Shown here one piece after another: positions 1 through 8,640 of a stretch of DNA of 64,000 bases. Within the stretch, counting starts at the first letter, position 1, and the number at the start of each line of letters is the position of its first letter. Position numbers and translations under genes: made by a program. The DNA comes from Candidatus Nealsonbacteria bacterium (GTDB lineage: Bacteria; Patescibacteriota; Minisyncoccia; Minisyncoccales; RBG-13-42-11). The stretch spans positions 137,316-201,315 of the forward strand of contig JAPLXL010000005.1 of NCBI GenBank assembly GCA_026396115.1, written 5' to 3'. The notes under the pieces were generated by a model, which had not been told where the DNA came from, searched no databases, and saw only the letters and a list, made by a program, of their open reading frames with translations.

Positions 1-282
1 ATGGGTCCAATAGGAATAGGTTCTTTGGTTGCTCAAGCTGTTCAGATTGGAGTAAGTTATTTCCTTAATTTTATTGCCATAATTTCCATTTATCTTGCCG
101 TTTTTAATTTATTGCCCATACCGGCTTCGGATGGAGGCAGGTTATTGTTTCTCGGAATTGAAAAGATTAAGGGCAGTCCGGTAAATCAAAAAATTGAAGA
201 GAATATTACTGTCGGATTTTCTGTTTTATTGATTACATTAATGATTTGGGTCACCATTAAAGATATAGTAAGATTATTTTAA
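1..282 (+). CDS. C-terminal fragment of an RseP-like site-2 protease (M50 family), 5' truncated by the window edge
   Basis: Motif NLLPIPASDGG matches the conserved NxxPxPxLDGG of RseP/M50 zinc metalloproteases; flanking hydrophobic helices. Confidence 0.5.
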   Translation: MGPIGIGSLVAQAVQIGVSYFLNFIAIISIYLAVFNLLPIPASDGGRLLFLGIEKIKGSPVNQKIEENITVGFSVLLITLMIWVTIKDIVRLF

Positions 283-284
283 TT

Positions 285-1538
285 ATGCGACAATCACAAC
301 TTTTTACAAAAACAATTAAAGAAACGCCCAGGGAAGAAATTTCTGTCAATGCTCAACTTCTAATTCGCGCCGGTTTTATTGATAAGTTAATGGCCGGAAT
401 TTATTCCTATCTGCCTTTGGGATTTAGAGTTTTTAAAAAGATTGAAAATATTATTAGGGAAGAAATGAACAGAATCGGTGGACAGGAGGTTTTAATGCCG
501 GCTTTGCATCCCAAAAATTTATGGGAAAAAACTGACAGATGGCAATATCCTGAAATGTTTAAATTAAAAAATAGGGAAGGTAAAGATTATTCTTTAGGCT
601 GGACGCATGAGGAAATTATCACTCCTTTGGTTCAAAAATTTGTTAAGTCATATAAAGATTTGCCAGTTTTTGTTTATCAGATTCAAGATAAGTTTCGAGA
701 CGAATTAAGAGCAAAATCGGGATTGTTGAGGGGGGTGGAATTTATAATGAAAGACCTCTATTCTTTTCATAAGGACGAAAATGATTTGGATGAATATTAT
801 GAGAAAGTAAAAAGAGCTTATTTTAAAATTTTTCAAAGATGCGGAATAAAAAAACAGACCTTTTTGACTTTGGCTTCCGGCGGCGCTTTTTCAGATTATT
901 CTCATGAATTTCAGACGATCACTCCGGCCGGTGAAGATATAATCTATCTTTGCCAAAAATGCAAGATAGCAATTAACAAAGAAATCATTGAAAAAACAAA
1001 ATATCAATGTCCAAACTGCAAAAATAAAGAATTAAAAATTCATAAAGCCATTGAGGTCGGCAATATTTTTCAGTTAGGCGACAGATTTACCCGAGTCTTT
1101 GATTTTCAATTCCGGGACAGAGACGATAAAGAAAAATATCCGGTAATGGGATGTTATGGTATCGGTCCTGGCAGACTAATAGGTGCTATTGTAGAGGTTT
1201 CTCATGATGAAAAAGGGATTATTTGGCCGAAAGAAGTAGCCCCTTTCCAAATTCATTTAATTAAAATTGAGAATAATAAAAAACTTGAAAAAACAGCAGA
1301 AAAAATATATAAAGATTTACAGCAAAACAACATAGAAGTATTATATGATGATAGAGATAAGAGTCCCGGTGAAGAATTTGCCGAAGCCGATTTGATTGGA
1401 ATACCATATAGAATTGTGATAAGCGAAAGAACATTAAAGAATAATTGCGTGGAAATAAAAGAAAGAAGTCGAAAAAAAGCGAGTTTAATAAAAATGAACC
1501 GCTTACTACAATTTTTAAATTCAAAAGTCAATGTTTAG
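285..1538 (+). CDS. proS: prolyl-tRNA synthetase, minimal bacterial type without the INS editing domain, with an inserted CxxC...CxxC zinc ribbon
   Basis: Class II aaRS motifs (FRDELRAKSGLLRGVEFIMKDLYSFH), C-terminal anticodon-binding domain; zinc ribbon CQKCK...CPNCK. Confidence 0.85.
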   Translation: MRQSQLFTKTIKETPREEISVNAQLLIRAGFIDKLMAGIYSYLPLGFRVFKKIENIIREEMNRIGGQEVLMPALHPKNLWEKTDRWQYPEMFKLKNREGKDYSLGWTHEEIITPLVQKFVKSYKDLPVFVYQIQDKFRDELRAKSGLLRGVEFIMKDLYSFHKDENDLDEYYEKVKRAYFKIFQRCGIKKQTFLTLASGGAFSDYSHEFQTITPAGEDIIYLCQKCKIAINKEIIEKTKYQCPNCKNKELKIHKAIEVGNIFQLGDRFTRVFDFQFRDRDDKEKYPVMGCYGIGPGRLIGAIVEVSHDEKGIIWPKEVAPFQIHLIKIENNKKLEKTAEKIYKDLQQNNIEVLYDDRDKSPGEEFAEADLIGIPYRIVISERTLKNNCVEIKERSRKKASLIKMNRLLQFLNSKVNV

Positions 1539-2583
1539 CAAGTTTTTAAAATTATTTGCTGAAGATATTGCCATTGATTTGGGAACAGCCAATTCTCGTG
1601 TTTATGTTAGAGGCAGGGGAATAGTTATTACCGAACCCTCGGTAGTGGCCGTTAACCAAAAAACCGGTCAGATTTTGGCTATTGGTGAAGAAGCAAAAAA
1701 AATGGTAGGAAGGACTCCGGCCTATATTGTGGCAACCCGACCCCTGGTTTCCGGGGTTATTTCTGATTTTGAGGTAACCGAACAAATGCTCAGATATTTT
1801 ATTGAAAAAGCTCACAAAAAAAGATTTCTTTTAAATCCAAGACCCCGGGTTATTGTTGGCATTCCTTGCGGAGTAACTGAAGTTGAAAGAAAAGCGGTTT
1901 GTGACGCCACTAAAAATGCAGGAGCCAAAGATGTTTTTATTATTGAAGAACCGATGGCCGCAGCCCTTGGCTCTCGTCTACCTATTCAGGAGGCAGGAGG
2001 TAATTTTATTGTTGATATTGGCGGCGGGACAACTGATATTGCCGTAATTTCTTTAGGAGGAATAGTAATATCTAAAACTTTAAGAGTGGCCGGAGATAGA
2101 CTTAATCAAGATGTTATTCAATTTGCCCAAGACAAATATAAATTATTAATTGGAATAAGAACGGCAGAAATGATTAAAATCGGAATAGGATCAGCTTATT
2201 CCTTAAAGGAAAAGAAACAACTTCCAATGCGGGGCAGAAATTTGGTAACCGGTCTTCCTGAAGAAATTTTGGTTTCCAATGAAGACATTAAAACAGCTTT
2301 AGAAAAATCAGTAAAACAAATTGTTAAAGAAATAAAAACGGTTGTAGAAGAAACTCCCCCGGAGTTGCTAGCTGATATTATGGTTTCAGGGATTCAGATG
2401 GTAGGCGGAGGTTCTCTTTTGAAAGGATTAGCTACTTTGATTCAAAAAGAAACAAAAATTCCTACCAAAGTTATTGAAGATCCCACCACAGCTGTTGTCA
2501 GGGGAGCAGGAATGGTGCTTGAAAATCTTGATCAATTACAAGAGGTATTAGTTGAAATCGAAGATTTAGAGCTGCCAAAATAG
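1531..2583 (+). CDS. mreB: rod-shape determining actin homolog MreB
   Basis: N-terminal DLGTANSRVYV... and actin-fold phosphate/adenosine motifs (GGGTTDIAV). Confidence 0.85.
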   Translation: MFSKFLKLFAEDIAIDLGTANSRVYVRGRGIVITEPSVVAVNQKTGQILAIGEEAKKMVGRTPAYIVATRPLVSGVISDFEVTEQMLRYFIEKAHKKRFLLNPRPRVIVGIPCGVTEVERKAVCDATKNAGAKDVFIIEEPMAAALGSRLPIQEAGGNFIVDIGGGTTDIAVISLGGIVISKTLRVAGDRLNQDVIQFAQDKYKLLIGIRTAEMIKIGIGSAYSLKEKKQLPMRGRNLVTGLPEEILVSNEDIKTALEKSVKQIVKEIKTVVEETPPELLADIMVSGIQMVGGGSLLKGLATLIQKETKIPTKVIEDPTTAVVRGAGMVLENLDQLQEVLVEIEDLELPK

Positions 2584-2638
2584 GCGAAGAGGACTTCGTC
2601 CTCTTCTTTACCTTCGCCCGCCAAGGGCGGGCTCGGTA
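2584..2638. repeat. palindromic mini-element copy (intergenic, mreB-gatC)
   Basis: ggcgaagaggacttcgtcctcttctttaccttcgcccgccaagggcgggctcggta. Confidence 0.7.
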
Positions 2639-2639
2639 T

Positions 2640-2930
2640 ATGATTACAAAAAAAGAGTTGCGACGTATCGCAAAATTAGCCAGACTCAGTATAACCAAAG
2701 ATGAGGAAGAGAGGTTTACAAAGGAGCTTTCTTCGATTTTGAATTATGTTGAAAAGTTAAAAGAAGCAGATGTTTCCGGGGTTGAGCCAACCAGTCATCC
2801 ATTTGGTGTTGAAAACGTGATGAGGAGTGATAAAAATAAAAAATTTGCGAAGTCAAAAAAATTATTAGAATTGGCGCCGGAAACCAAAGACGGTTATTTA
2901 AAAGTAAAGTCAATCTTTGAAATAAATTGA
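2640..2930 (+). CDS. gatC: Asp/Glu-tRNA(Asn/Gln) amidotransferase subunit C
   Basis: Start MITKKELRRIAKLARLSITKDEEERFTKEL typical of GatC; lies immediately upstream of gatA. Confidence 0.8.
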   Translation: MITKKELRRIAKLARLSITKDEEERFTKELSSILNYVEKLKEADVSGVEPTSHPFGVENVMRSDKNKKFAKSKKLLELAPETKDGYLKVKSIFEIN

Positions 2931-3020
2931 AAATTTATTGAAAAGTGAAATGAATTGAAAATTCATTGAACTCAAAGGAGAAATGAATCGAAGATTCATT
3001 GAACTTTTAGAAGTTGGTTA

Positions 3021-4508
3021 ATGGAACTTACAAATCTCACCATCGCTCAAATACATCAGGGTTTAATAAAAAAAGATTTTTCTGCTTCTGAACTTTGTAA
3101 AACTTTTTTAGATAAGATTAAAGAAAAAAATAAGGAAATTTTTGCCTTTCTGCAGGTTTGCGAAGATTTAGCCTTATCAAAAGCAAAAGAGATTGATGAT
3201 ATGATTTTGGCGGGATACGAGATTCCTTTATTGGCCGGTGTACCTTCGGCTATCAAAGATAATATTTTAGTTGAAAATATTCCTTGTACGGCAGGTTCAA
3301 AAATCCTTGAAGATTATATAGCTCCCTATGATGCCAGAGTGGTTAAGAAACTTAAAGATCAAGGAGTGGTAATTTTAGGAAAAACCAATTTGGATGAGTT
3401 TGCCATGGGTTCTTCTACGGAAAATTCGGCTTTTGGACCGACTCGCAATCCCCTTGATTTAACCAGGGTTCCCGGCGGGTCTTCCGGTGGTTCGGCTGCG
3501 GCCGTGGCAGCCAGATTATCTGTTTTTACATTAGGTTCAGATACCGGAGGTTCAATAAGACAGCCTTCTTCTTTTTGCGGAGTAGTTGGTTTAAAACCAA
3601 CCTATGGCGCAGTATCACGTTATGGGTTAATTGCTTTCGCTTCTTCTTTAGACCAAATAGGCCCTATTGCCAAGACCGTAGAGGACTGCCAGATTGTTTT
3701 TAATGCCATAAAAGGTAAAGATGAAATGGATTCAACCAGTGTGGAGGTTTCAAAAATTGAAAATTATAGGTCAAAGAGGCGTGCCTCTTCTTCACCTCCG
3801 CTGCGGCGTTCGGTAATTGAAAATTTATGCATTGGTGTTCCTAAAGAATATTTTGTCAAAGGTATTAATCCTGAAGTGGAGAGGGTAATTAAGCTAGCAA
3901 TTAAAAAATATGAGGAGATGGGCGCTTATATCAAGGAAATTAGCTTACCGCACACAGAATATGCTTTACCTTGCTATGCCGTAATTTCTTGCCCCGAGGC
4001 CTCGGCAAATCTGGCAAGGTATGACGCCATTAAATATGGTGAAATAAAAAATAAAAAATTAAAAATAAAAAGTTTATTTGATTATTATTTAATTGCCAGA
4101 GGAGAAGGTTTTGGAGCAGAGGTAAGAAGAAGGATAATGTTGGGAACTTATGCCTTGTCTGCGGGCTATTACGAAGCTTACTATTTAAGAGCTCAAAAGA
4201 TAAGAACTTTAATAAAAAATGATTTTGAAAGAGCTTTTAAAGAAGTTGATCTAATTTTTGCCCCGGTTTCTCCTTTCTTACCGTTTAAAATTGGAGAAAG
4301 AATTAATGATCCTCTTTCAATGTATTTGTCTGATATTTATACTGTCTCTGTTAATTTAGTCGGATTTCCCGCTCTTTCTCTGCCAATAGGCAAAGCAGCC
4401 CCCCTTCAAAATGGTGGTGATGGGTTGCCGGTTGGCCTCCAAATTATTGGAAAACCTTTTGAGGAAGATAAAATTTTAGAAATAGGAAAATTATATGCCA
4501 GCAATTGA
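3021..4508 (+). CDS. gatA: Glu-tRNA(Gln) amidotransferase subunit A (amidase), with an in-frame mini-element insertion
   Basis: Amidase signature [37 protein letters not shown]; inserted peptide [15 protein letters not shown] is encoded by a repeat copy. Confidence 0.9.
   Translation: MELTNLTIAQIHQGLIKKDFSASELCKTFLDKIKEKNKEIFAFLQVCEDLALSKAKEIDDMILAGYEIPLLAGVPSAIKDNILVENIPCTAGSKILEDYIAPYDARVVKKLKDQGVVILGKTNLDEFAMGSSTENSAFGPTRNPLDLTRVPGGSSGGSAAAVAARLSVFTLGSDTGGSIRQPSSFCGVVGLKPTYGAVSRYGLIAFASSLDQIGPIAKTVEDCQIVFNAIKGKDEMDSTSVEVSKIENYRSKRRASSSPPLRRSVIENLCIGVPKEYFVKGINPEVERVIKLAIKKYEEMGAYIKEISLPHTEYALPCYAVISCPEASANLARYDAIKYGEIKNKKLKIKSLFDYYLIARGEGFGAEVRRRIMLGTYALSAGYYEAYYLRAQKIRTLIKNDFERAFKEVDLIFAPVSPFLPFKIGERINDPLSMYLSDIYTVSVNLVGFPALSLPIGKAAPLQNGGDGLPVGLQIIGKPFEEDKILEIGKLYASN
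3773..3815. repeat. mini-element copy, in-frame in gatA
   Basis: aaagaggcgtgcctcttcttcacctccgctgcggcgttcggta. Confidence 0.7.
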
Positions 4509-5025
4509 AAACTTTCCTGAAAGTTTAATATCATTTTTTATTTCTCCGTCTTTTACCGATTGGCTGTTAATTATTAAAATTATTTTTATAGTTTTGTCTT
4601 TGCTGTTCATCTGTTTTATTATTTTTGCGCTTATGAAAACTTCTTGGTTAAAGTTTCGTTTTTCATATGATGTAGTTGAACTTTTAACTTATCGACCGTT
4701 TGGAGTTAGAATAATGGAAAAAAGTTGGAAAAAAATTGCAGCAAGAATAGATACGGGCTTAGAGTCAGAATATAAATTGGCAGTAATTGAGGCGGATAAT
4801 ATGATGAATGATACATTAAAAAGAATGGGATATGGGGGAGAAAGTTTAGGGGAGAGGTTAGAAAAGTTAACCGCAGCCACTCTTCCTGATATTGAAGGAA
4901 TTAGAGAGGTCCATCAAGTCCGCAATAATATTATTCATGATCCTAATTATAAATTATCTTTGAATGATACAAGAAGATTGTTAGACATTTTTGAGAAAGC
5001 ATTTAAAGATTTGGAAGCTTTTTAA
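4495..5025 (+). CDS. hypothetical membrane protein (N-terminal transmembrane helices)
   Basis: Open frame with a hydrophobic N-terminus; no recognised family. Confidence 0.35.
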   Translation: MPAIENFPESLISFFISPSFTDWLLIIKIIFIVLSLLFICFIIFALMKTSWLKFRFSYDVVELLTYRPFGVRIMEKSWKKIAARIDTGLESEYKLAVIEADNMMNDTLKRMGYGGESLGERLEKLTAATLPDIEGIREVHQVRNNIIHDPNYKLSLNDTRRLLDIFEKAFKDLEAF

Positions 5026-5060
5026 TCTTGATTTTTTTTAAAAATAGAATATAATGATAT

Positions 5061-5131
5061 CGCGGCGTGGAGGAGTAGTACCTTGCGAGGCCCATAACCT
5101 CGAGACCCCTGTGCAATTCAGGGCGCCGCAA
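5061..5131 (+). tRNA. tRNA-fMet (initiator, anticodon CAT), CCA not encoded
   Basis: Cloverleaf by hand-fold: acceptor CGCGGCG/CGCCGCA with a C1:A72 mismatch, A11:U24, and close overall similarity to the E. coli initiator tRNA pattern. Anticodon loop CCCATAA has C at position 33, which is unusual. Confidence 0.55.
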
Positions 5132-5139
5132 CAAATTTC

Positions 5140-5215
5140 GCCGGCGTAGCTCAGCGGTAGTAGCAGGGTCTTCATAAGGCCAAGGTCACAGGTTCGAGTC
5201 CTGTCGCCGGCACCA
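5140..5215 (+). tRNA. tRNA-Met (elongator, anticodon CAT; tRNA-Ile2 not excluded), CCA encoded
   Basis: Hand-folded cloverleaf: acceptor GCCGGCG/CGCCGGC, anticodon loop TTCATAA, T-arm ACAGG-TTCGAGT-CCTGT, 3' ACCA. Confidence 0.7.
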
Positions 5216-5216
5216 T

Positions 5217-5295
5217 GCGGGTGTAGCTTAGTCCGGTTAAAAGCGCTGCCCTGTCACGGCAGAGATCGTGGGTTCAAATCCCATCGCCCGCGCCA
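5217..5295 (+). tRNA. tRNA-Asp (anticodon GTC), CCA encoded
   Basis: Acceptor GCGGGTG/CGCCCGC, anticodon stem-loop CTGCC-CTGTCAC-GGCAG, T-arm GTGGG-TTCAAAT-CCCAT, 3' GCCA. Confidence 0.8.
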
Positions 5296-5300
5296 AATTT

Positions 5301-5328
5301 CCCTCCCATTTTGATGGGCGGGTTTTTT
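5301..5328 (+). terminator. intrinsic terminator after the tRNA array
   Basis: Hairpin ccctcccat-tttg-atgggcggg (9 bp, one mismatch) followed by a T6 run. Confidence 0.4.
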
Positions 5329-5352
5329 GTCCGGTTATCCCCAGTTTTCAAC

Positions 5353-5381
5353 TTGAAATCAGGATAAAATTAAGTTATAAT
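5353..5381 (+). promoter_or_regulatory. sigma70-like promoter for pheS-pheT (TTGAAA-17-TATAAT)
   Basis: TTGAAA at 5353-5358, 17-nt spacer, TATAAT at 5376-5381; ATG at 5394 gives a very short leader without an SD. Confidence 0.4.
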
Positions 5382-5393
5382 TAATATATAACT

Positions 5394-6416
5394 ATGACCA
5401 AAATGAATCTAAAATTACTCAAAAATCGGGCGAAGGAAGAGATAGAAAAAGTTAAAGATTTAAAAGAATTAAACGAGATTTTTAATAAGTATCTGGGTAA
5501 AAAAGAAGAGCTTGCTTTAATTTTGCGCTCTTTAGAAAGACTTCCCAAAACCAAAAGAATGAAGATCGGAAAGAGCGCAAATGAACTTAAAAATTTTCTC
5601 AAGATTGAGTTTGAGAAAAAATCTCAAGAAATAAAAGAAAAAATTCAGAAAGAAGCTGAAGAAAAAGAGTGGATTGACATTACGGTTCCGGGGGAAAAGC
5701 CTGTTTTGGGCCATTTGCATCCTTTAACCATTGCTAAAAGAAAAGTTGAAGAAATTTTTCAAGTAATGGGTTTTTCTATAATTGAGGGACCGGATATAGA
5801 AACAGAGTGGTATAACTTTGATGCCCTAAATATACCAAAAGAGCATCCGGCCAGAGATATTTGGGACACTTTCTATCTTAAAAATGGATTATTGTTGCGA
5901 ACTCACACCAGTCCGGTGCAGATTCGTCATATGGAAAAAAACAATCCTCCTTTAAGAATAATTGTTCCTGGAAGCGTTTTCAGGCACGAAGCAACCGATC
6001 CTTCCCATGAGTTCCAACATTATCAGATTGAAGGACTAATGGTTGATAAGAGAATTTCAGTAGCTAATTTAAAAGCCATTATCGGAGAGTTTTTCCGCAG
6101 ATTTTTTGAAAAAGACGTTAAGTTTCGATTAAAACCGGATTATTTCCCATTTACCGAACCCTCTTTTGATATTGGTATAAGCTGTGTTATATGCAACGGT
6201 AAAGGATGCTCTGTTTGTAAAAAAAGCGGTTGGCTTGAAGTGGCCGGAGCCGGCATGGTTCACCCCAATGTTTTTAAAGCTTCGGGTTTAATTCCCAAAG
6301 ATTGGCAGGGGTGGGCATTCGGTTTTGGCTTAGAAAGATTAGCTATGCTTAAATACAAAATTAACGATATCAGGTTATTTCGTTCCGGCGATTTAAGATT
6401 CCTCACCCAATTTTAA
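5394..6416 (+). CDS. pheS: phenylalanyl-tRNA synthetase alpha subunit (contains a C4 zinc ribbon)
   Basis: Class II motifs, FPFTEPSFD; zinc ribbon CVICNGKGCSVCKK. Confidence 0.9.
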   Translation: MTKMNLKLLKNRAKEEIEKVKDLKELNEIFNKYLGKKEELALILRSLERLPKTKRMKIGKSANELKNFLKIEFEKKSQEIKEKIQKEAEEKEWIDITVPGEKPVLGHLHPLTIAKRKVEEIFQVMGFSIIEGPDIETEWYNFDALNIPKEHPARDIWDTFYLKNGLLLRTHTSPVQIRHMEKNNPPLRIIVPGSVFRHEATDPSHEFQHYQIEGLMVDKRISVANLKAIIGEFFRRFFEKDVKFRLKPDYFPFTEPSFDIGISCVICNGKGCSVCKKSGWLEVAGAGMVHPNVFKASGLIPKDWQGWAFGFGLERLAMLKYKINDIRLFRSGDLRFLTQF

Positions 6417-6422
6417 AATTGT

Positions 6423-8636
6423 ATGGTATTTTCCTACAATTGGTTACAATCATTTTTTCAAAAAAGACTACCTACTCCTCAAAGATTAGCTGAGCTCTTG
6501 ACTCTTCACTTTGCTGAAGTTGAAGAAATAAAGAAGGTTGGTAGCGACTTTGCTTTAAATATTGATGTCAGGCCCAACCGGGCTTCCGATTGTTTTTCCC
6601 ATATGGGAATTGCCAGAGAAATTTCAGCAATTTGCGGTTTAAAATATCAGAATTTACCCAGTAAATTTAGAGAATTAAAAAACAAAAAAGCTAAAGATTT
6701 TGTTTCAGTAAAATTCAATGAATTTCCAATTCATTTCACCGTGGAGGTAAAAAATAAGAGAGCCTGCCCTCGCTACAGTGCCAAAGTAATCACTGACGTT
6801 AAAGTAGGTCCCTCACCAAAATGGATACAAGATAAATTAAAAGTCTGTGGTTTGAGACCGATCAATAATATTGTTGATATTGCTAATTATGTAATGCTGG
6901 AGACCGGTCAACCCCTACATGCTTTTGATGGTCAAAAGCTTGAAGGTAGAAAAATTATTGTCAGATTCGCCAAGGAAAGGGAAAAGATTATTACTCTGGA
7001 TGAAGAAAAGTATGATTTAGATGAAAATATTTTGGTCATCGCCGATGTTAAAAAACCAGTAGCCATTGCCGGAATTAAAGGCGGAAAACTTCCAGAAATT
7101 GATAAGAAAACAAAAATAGTGGTTTTGGAGTCAGCCAACTTTAATCCTCAAGTTATAAGAAAAGGTTCTAAAAAATTAAATCTCAAAACCGATGCTTCTT
7201 TAAGGTTTGAGCACGGCATAGATCCTAATCTGACAGAATTTGCAATAAATAGGGCAGCTTTTTTAATTCAAAAAATTGCTGAAGGTAAGGTTAGTTACGG
7301 ACTTGTTGATGTTTATAATAAAAAGGTTTTGCCGCAGAGAATCAAATTAGATTTAAATTATGTTGAGAAACTGCTCGGAGTAAAAGTTCCAAAAAAAGAA
7401 ATTAAAAACATTCTAAAAAAGCTGGGATTTCAATGTAAATCTACCAGAGATTCTTATGACGAAGAGGATAAATCCTCTTCTTTACCCTTCGCTGCGGCTT
7501 GGGTTATTGAGGTGCTGGTTCCGACTCGGAGATTAGATATAAGCATTCAGGAAGATTTAATTGAGGAGATAGGCAGAATTTATGGTTATGATAAAATTCC
7601 TTGTACTTCTCCAATATCTTCTTTGTTTCTGCCCCAAAAGAATTTAAATATTTTCTGGGAAGATTTTACCAAAAATATTTTAAAAGAAGCCGGATTTACT
7701 GAAGTTTATAACTATTCATTTTTTGGGGAAGAAGAAGCTAAACTTTTCGGATACCGAGCTTCCGAAGGAAGCGAGGGGGAAGAAAAGGACGAAGTCCTCT
7801 TCGCCCATAAAGAAGAAGAATTAATAGAAGTAGAAAATCCTTTAAGTCAAGAATATAAATATCTAAGGGCTAGTTTAATTCCTAATTTGTTAAAAAATGT
7901 TGAAAAAAATCAAAGATACTTTCCCGAAATGAAAATTTTTGAATTAGGAAAAATTTTCCAACCTCCCGAGCAACAGCGAAGGGGGAAGAAGAAGATTTAT
8001 CTTCTTCGCCCTCCGAAATCTGAAAATAGAATACTTGTTGGAGTAATTACAGGCGACGCTTTTTATGAAGTAAAAGGCGTAGTCGATTTACTTTTAAATA
8101 AATTAGGAATAGCTAATATTTGTAGGTATGATGAATATCCGAATGAATTAAAAAAATCAAAAACCTTCTGGCTACATCCACAAAAATGTGCTGAAATTAA
8201 GGTTGATCACCAAAAAATTGGTCTTTTGGGAGAAGTTTCTCCAAAAATTCTGAGCAGATTGGATATAAAAGAGAGAACGGTTTTGTTCGATATTGATTTT
8301 GAAAAACTTTCTCAATTGGCTTCAGAAGAACATGAATACCGGCCGATTTCTAAATTCCCGTCAGCCGTCAGAGATATAGCGGTTTTAGTCTCGAGAAATG
8401 TAAAAATAGCAGAAGTTCTAAATAAAATTTATGATACTGGCGGAAAGATAATTCGGGATGTTGACCTCTTTGATATTTACGAGGGAGAGGAGATTCCTGC
8501 AGGGAAAAAGAATTTGGCTTTTCATATAATTTATCAGGCCCAGGATCGAACCTTATCTTCGGAAGAGATAGATGAATTACAAAATAAAATAATTAAAATT
8601 CTGGAAAAAAATCCAGAGTGGACTGTGAGAAAATAG
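6423..8636 (+). CDS. pheT: phenylalanyl-tRNA synthetase beta subunit (short form), with three in-frame mini-element insertions
   Basis: B1, B3/B4 and FDX-like C-terminal domain pattern. Inserted peptides DEEDKSSSLPFAAAW, YRASEGSEGEEKDEVLFA and RRGKKKIYLLRPP are each encoded by a repeat copy. Confidence 0.85.
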   Translation: MVFSYNWLQSFFQKRLPTPQRLAELLTLHFAEVEEIKKVGSDFALNIDVRPNRASDCFSHMGIAREISAICGLKYQNLPSKFRELKNKKAKDFVSVKFNEFPIHFTVEVKNKRACPRYSAKVITDVKVGPSPKWIQDKLKVCGLRPINNIVDIANYVMLETGQPLHAFDGQKLEGRKIIVRFAKEREKIITLDEEKYDLDENILVIADVKKPVAIAGIKGGKLPEIDKKTKIVVLESANFNPQVIRKGSKKLNLKTDASLRFEHGIDPNLTEFAINRAAFLIQKIAEGKVSYGLVDVYNKKVLPQRIKLDLNYVEKLLGVKVPKKEIKNILKKLGFQCKSTRDSYDEEDKSSSLPFAAAWVIEVLVPTRRLDISIQEDLIEEIGRIYGYDKIPCTSPISSLFLPQKNLNIFWEDFTKNILKEAGFTEVYNYSFFGEEEAKLFGYRASEGSEGEEKDEVLFAHKEEELIEVENPLSQEYKYLRASLIPNLLKNVEKNQRYFPEMKIFELGKIFQPPEQQRRGKKKIYLLRPPKSENRILVGVITGDAFYEVKGVVDLLLNKLGIANICRYDEYPNELKKSKTFWLHPQKCAEIKVDHQKIGLLGEVSPKILSRLDIKERTVLFDIDFEKLSQLASEEHEYRPISKFPSAVRDIAVLVSRNVKIAEVLNKIYDTGGKIIRDVDLFDIYEGEEIPAGKKNLAFHIIYQAQDRTLSSEEIDELQNKIIKILEKNPEWTVRK
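7458..7504. repeat. mini-element copy, in-frame in pheT
   Basis: gacgaagaggataaatcctcttctttacccttcgctgcggcttgggt. Confidence 0.75.
7752..7806. repeat. mini-element copy (opposite orientation), in-frame in pheT
   Basis: taccgagcttccgaaggaagcgagggggaagaaaaggacgaagtcctcttcgcc. Confidence 0.75.
7986..8025. repeat. short mini-element copy, in-frame in pheT
   Basis: gcgaagggggaagaagaagatttatcttcttcgccctccg. Confidence 0.6.
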
Positions 8637-8640
8637 AATT

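Noticed and set aside
1253-1531. Two overlapping minus-strand ORFs (92 and 87 aa) inside proS
   Set aside because: Antisense to a well-supported aaRS gene. Leu/Phe-rich translation typical of the reverse frame of an AT-rich Lys/Glu-rich gene. No start context.
285-6416. Zinc-ribbon insertions in ProS (CQKCK...CPNCK) and PheS (CVICNGKGC...CKK) as a novel feature
   Set aside because: Zinc-binding modules are known in several aminoacyl-tRNA synthetases. Without ortholog comparison this cannot be called unusual. Recorded only in the feature notes.
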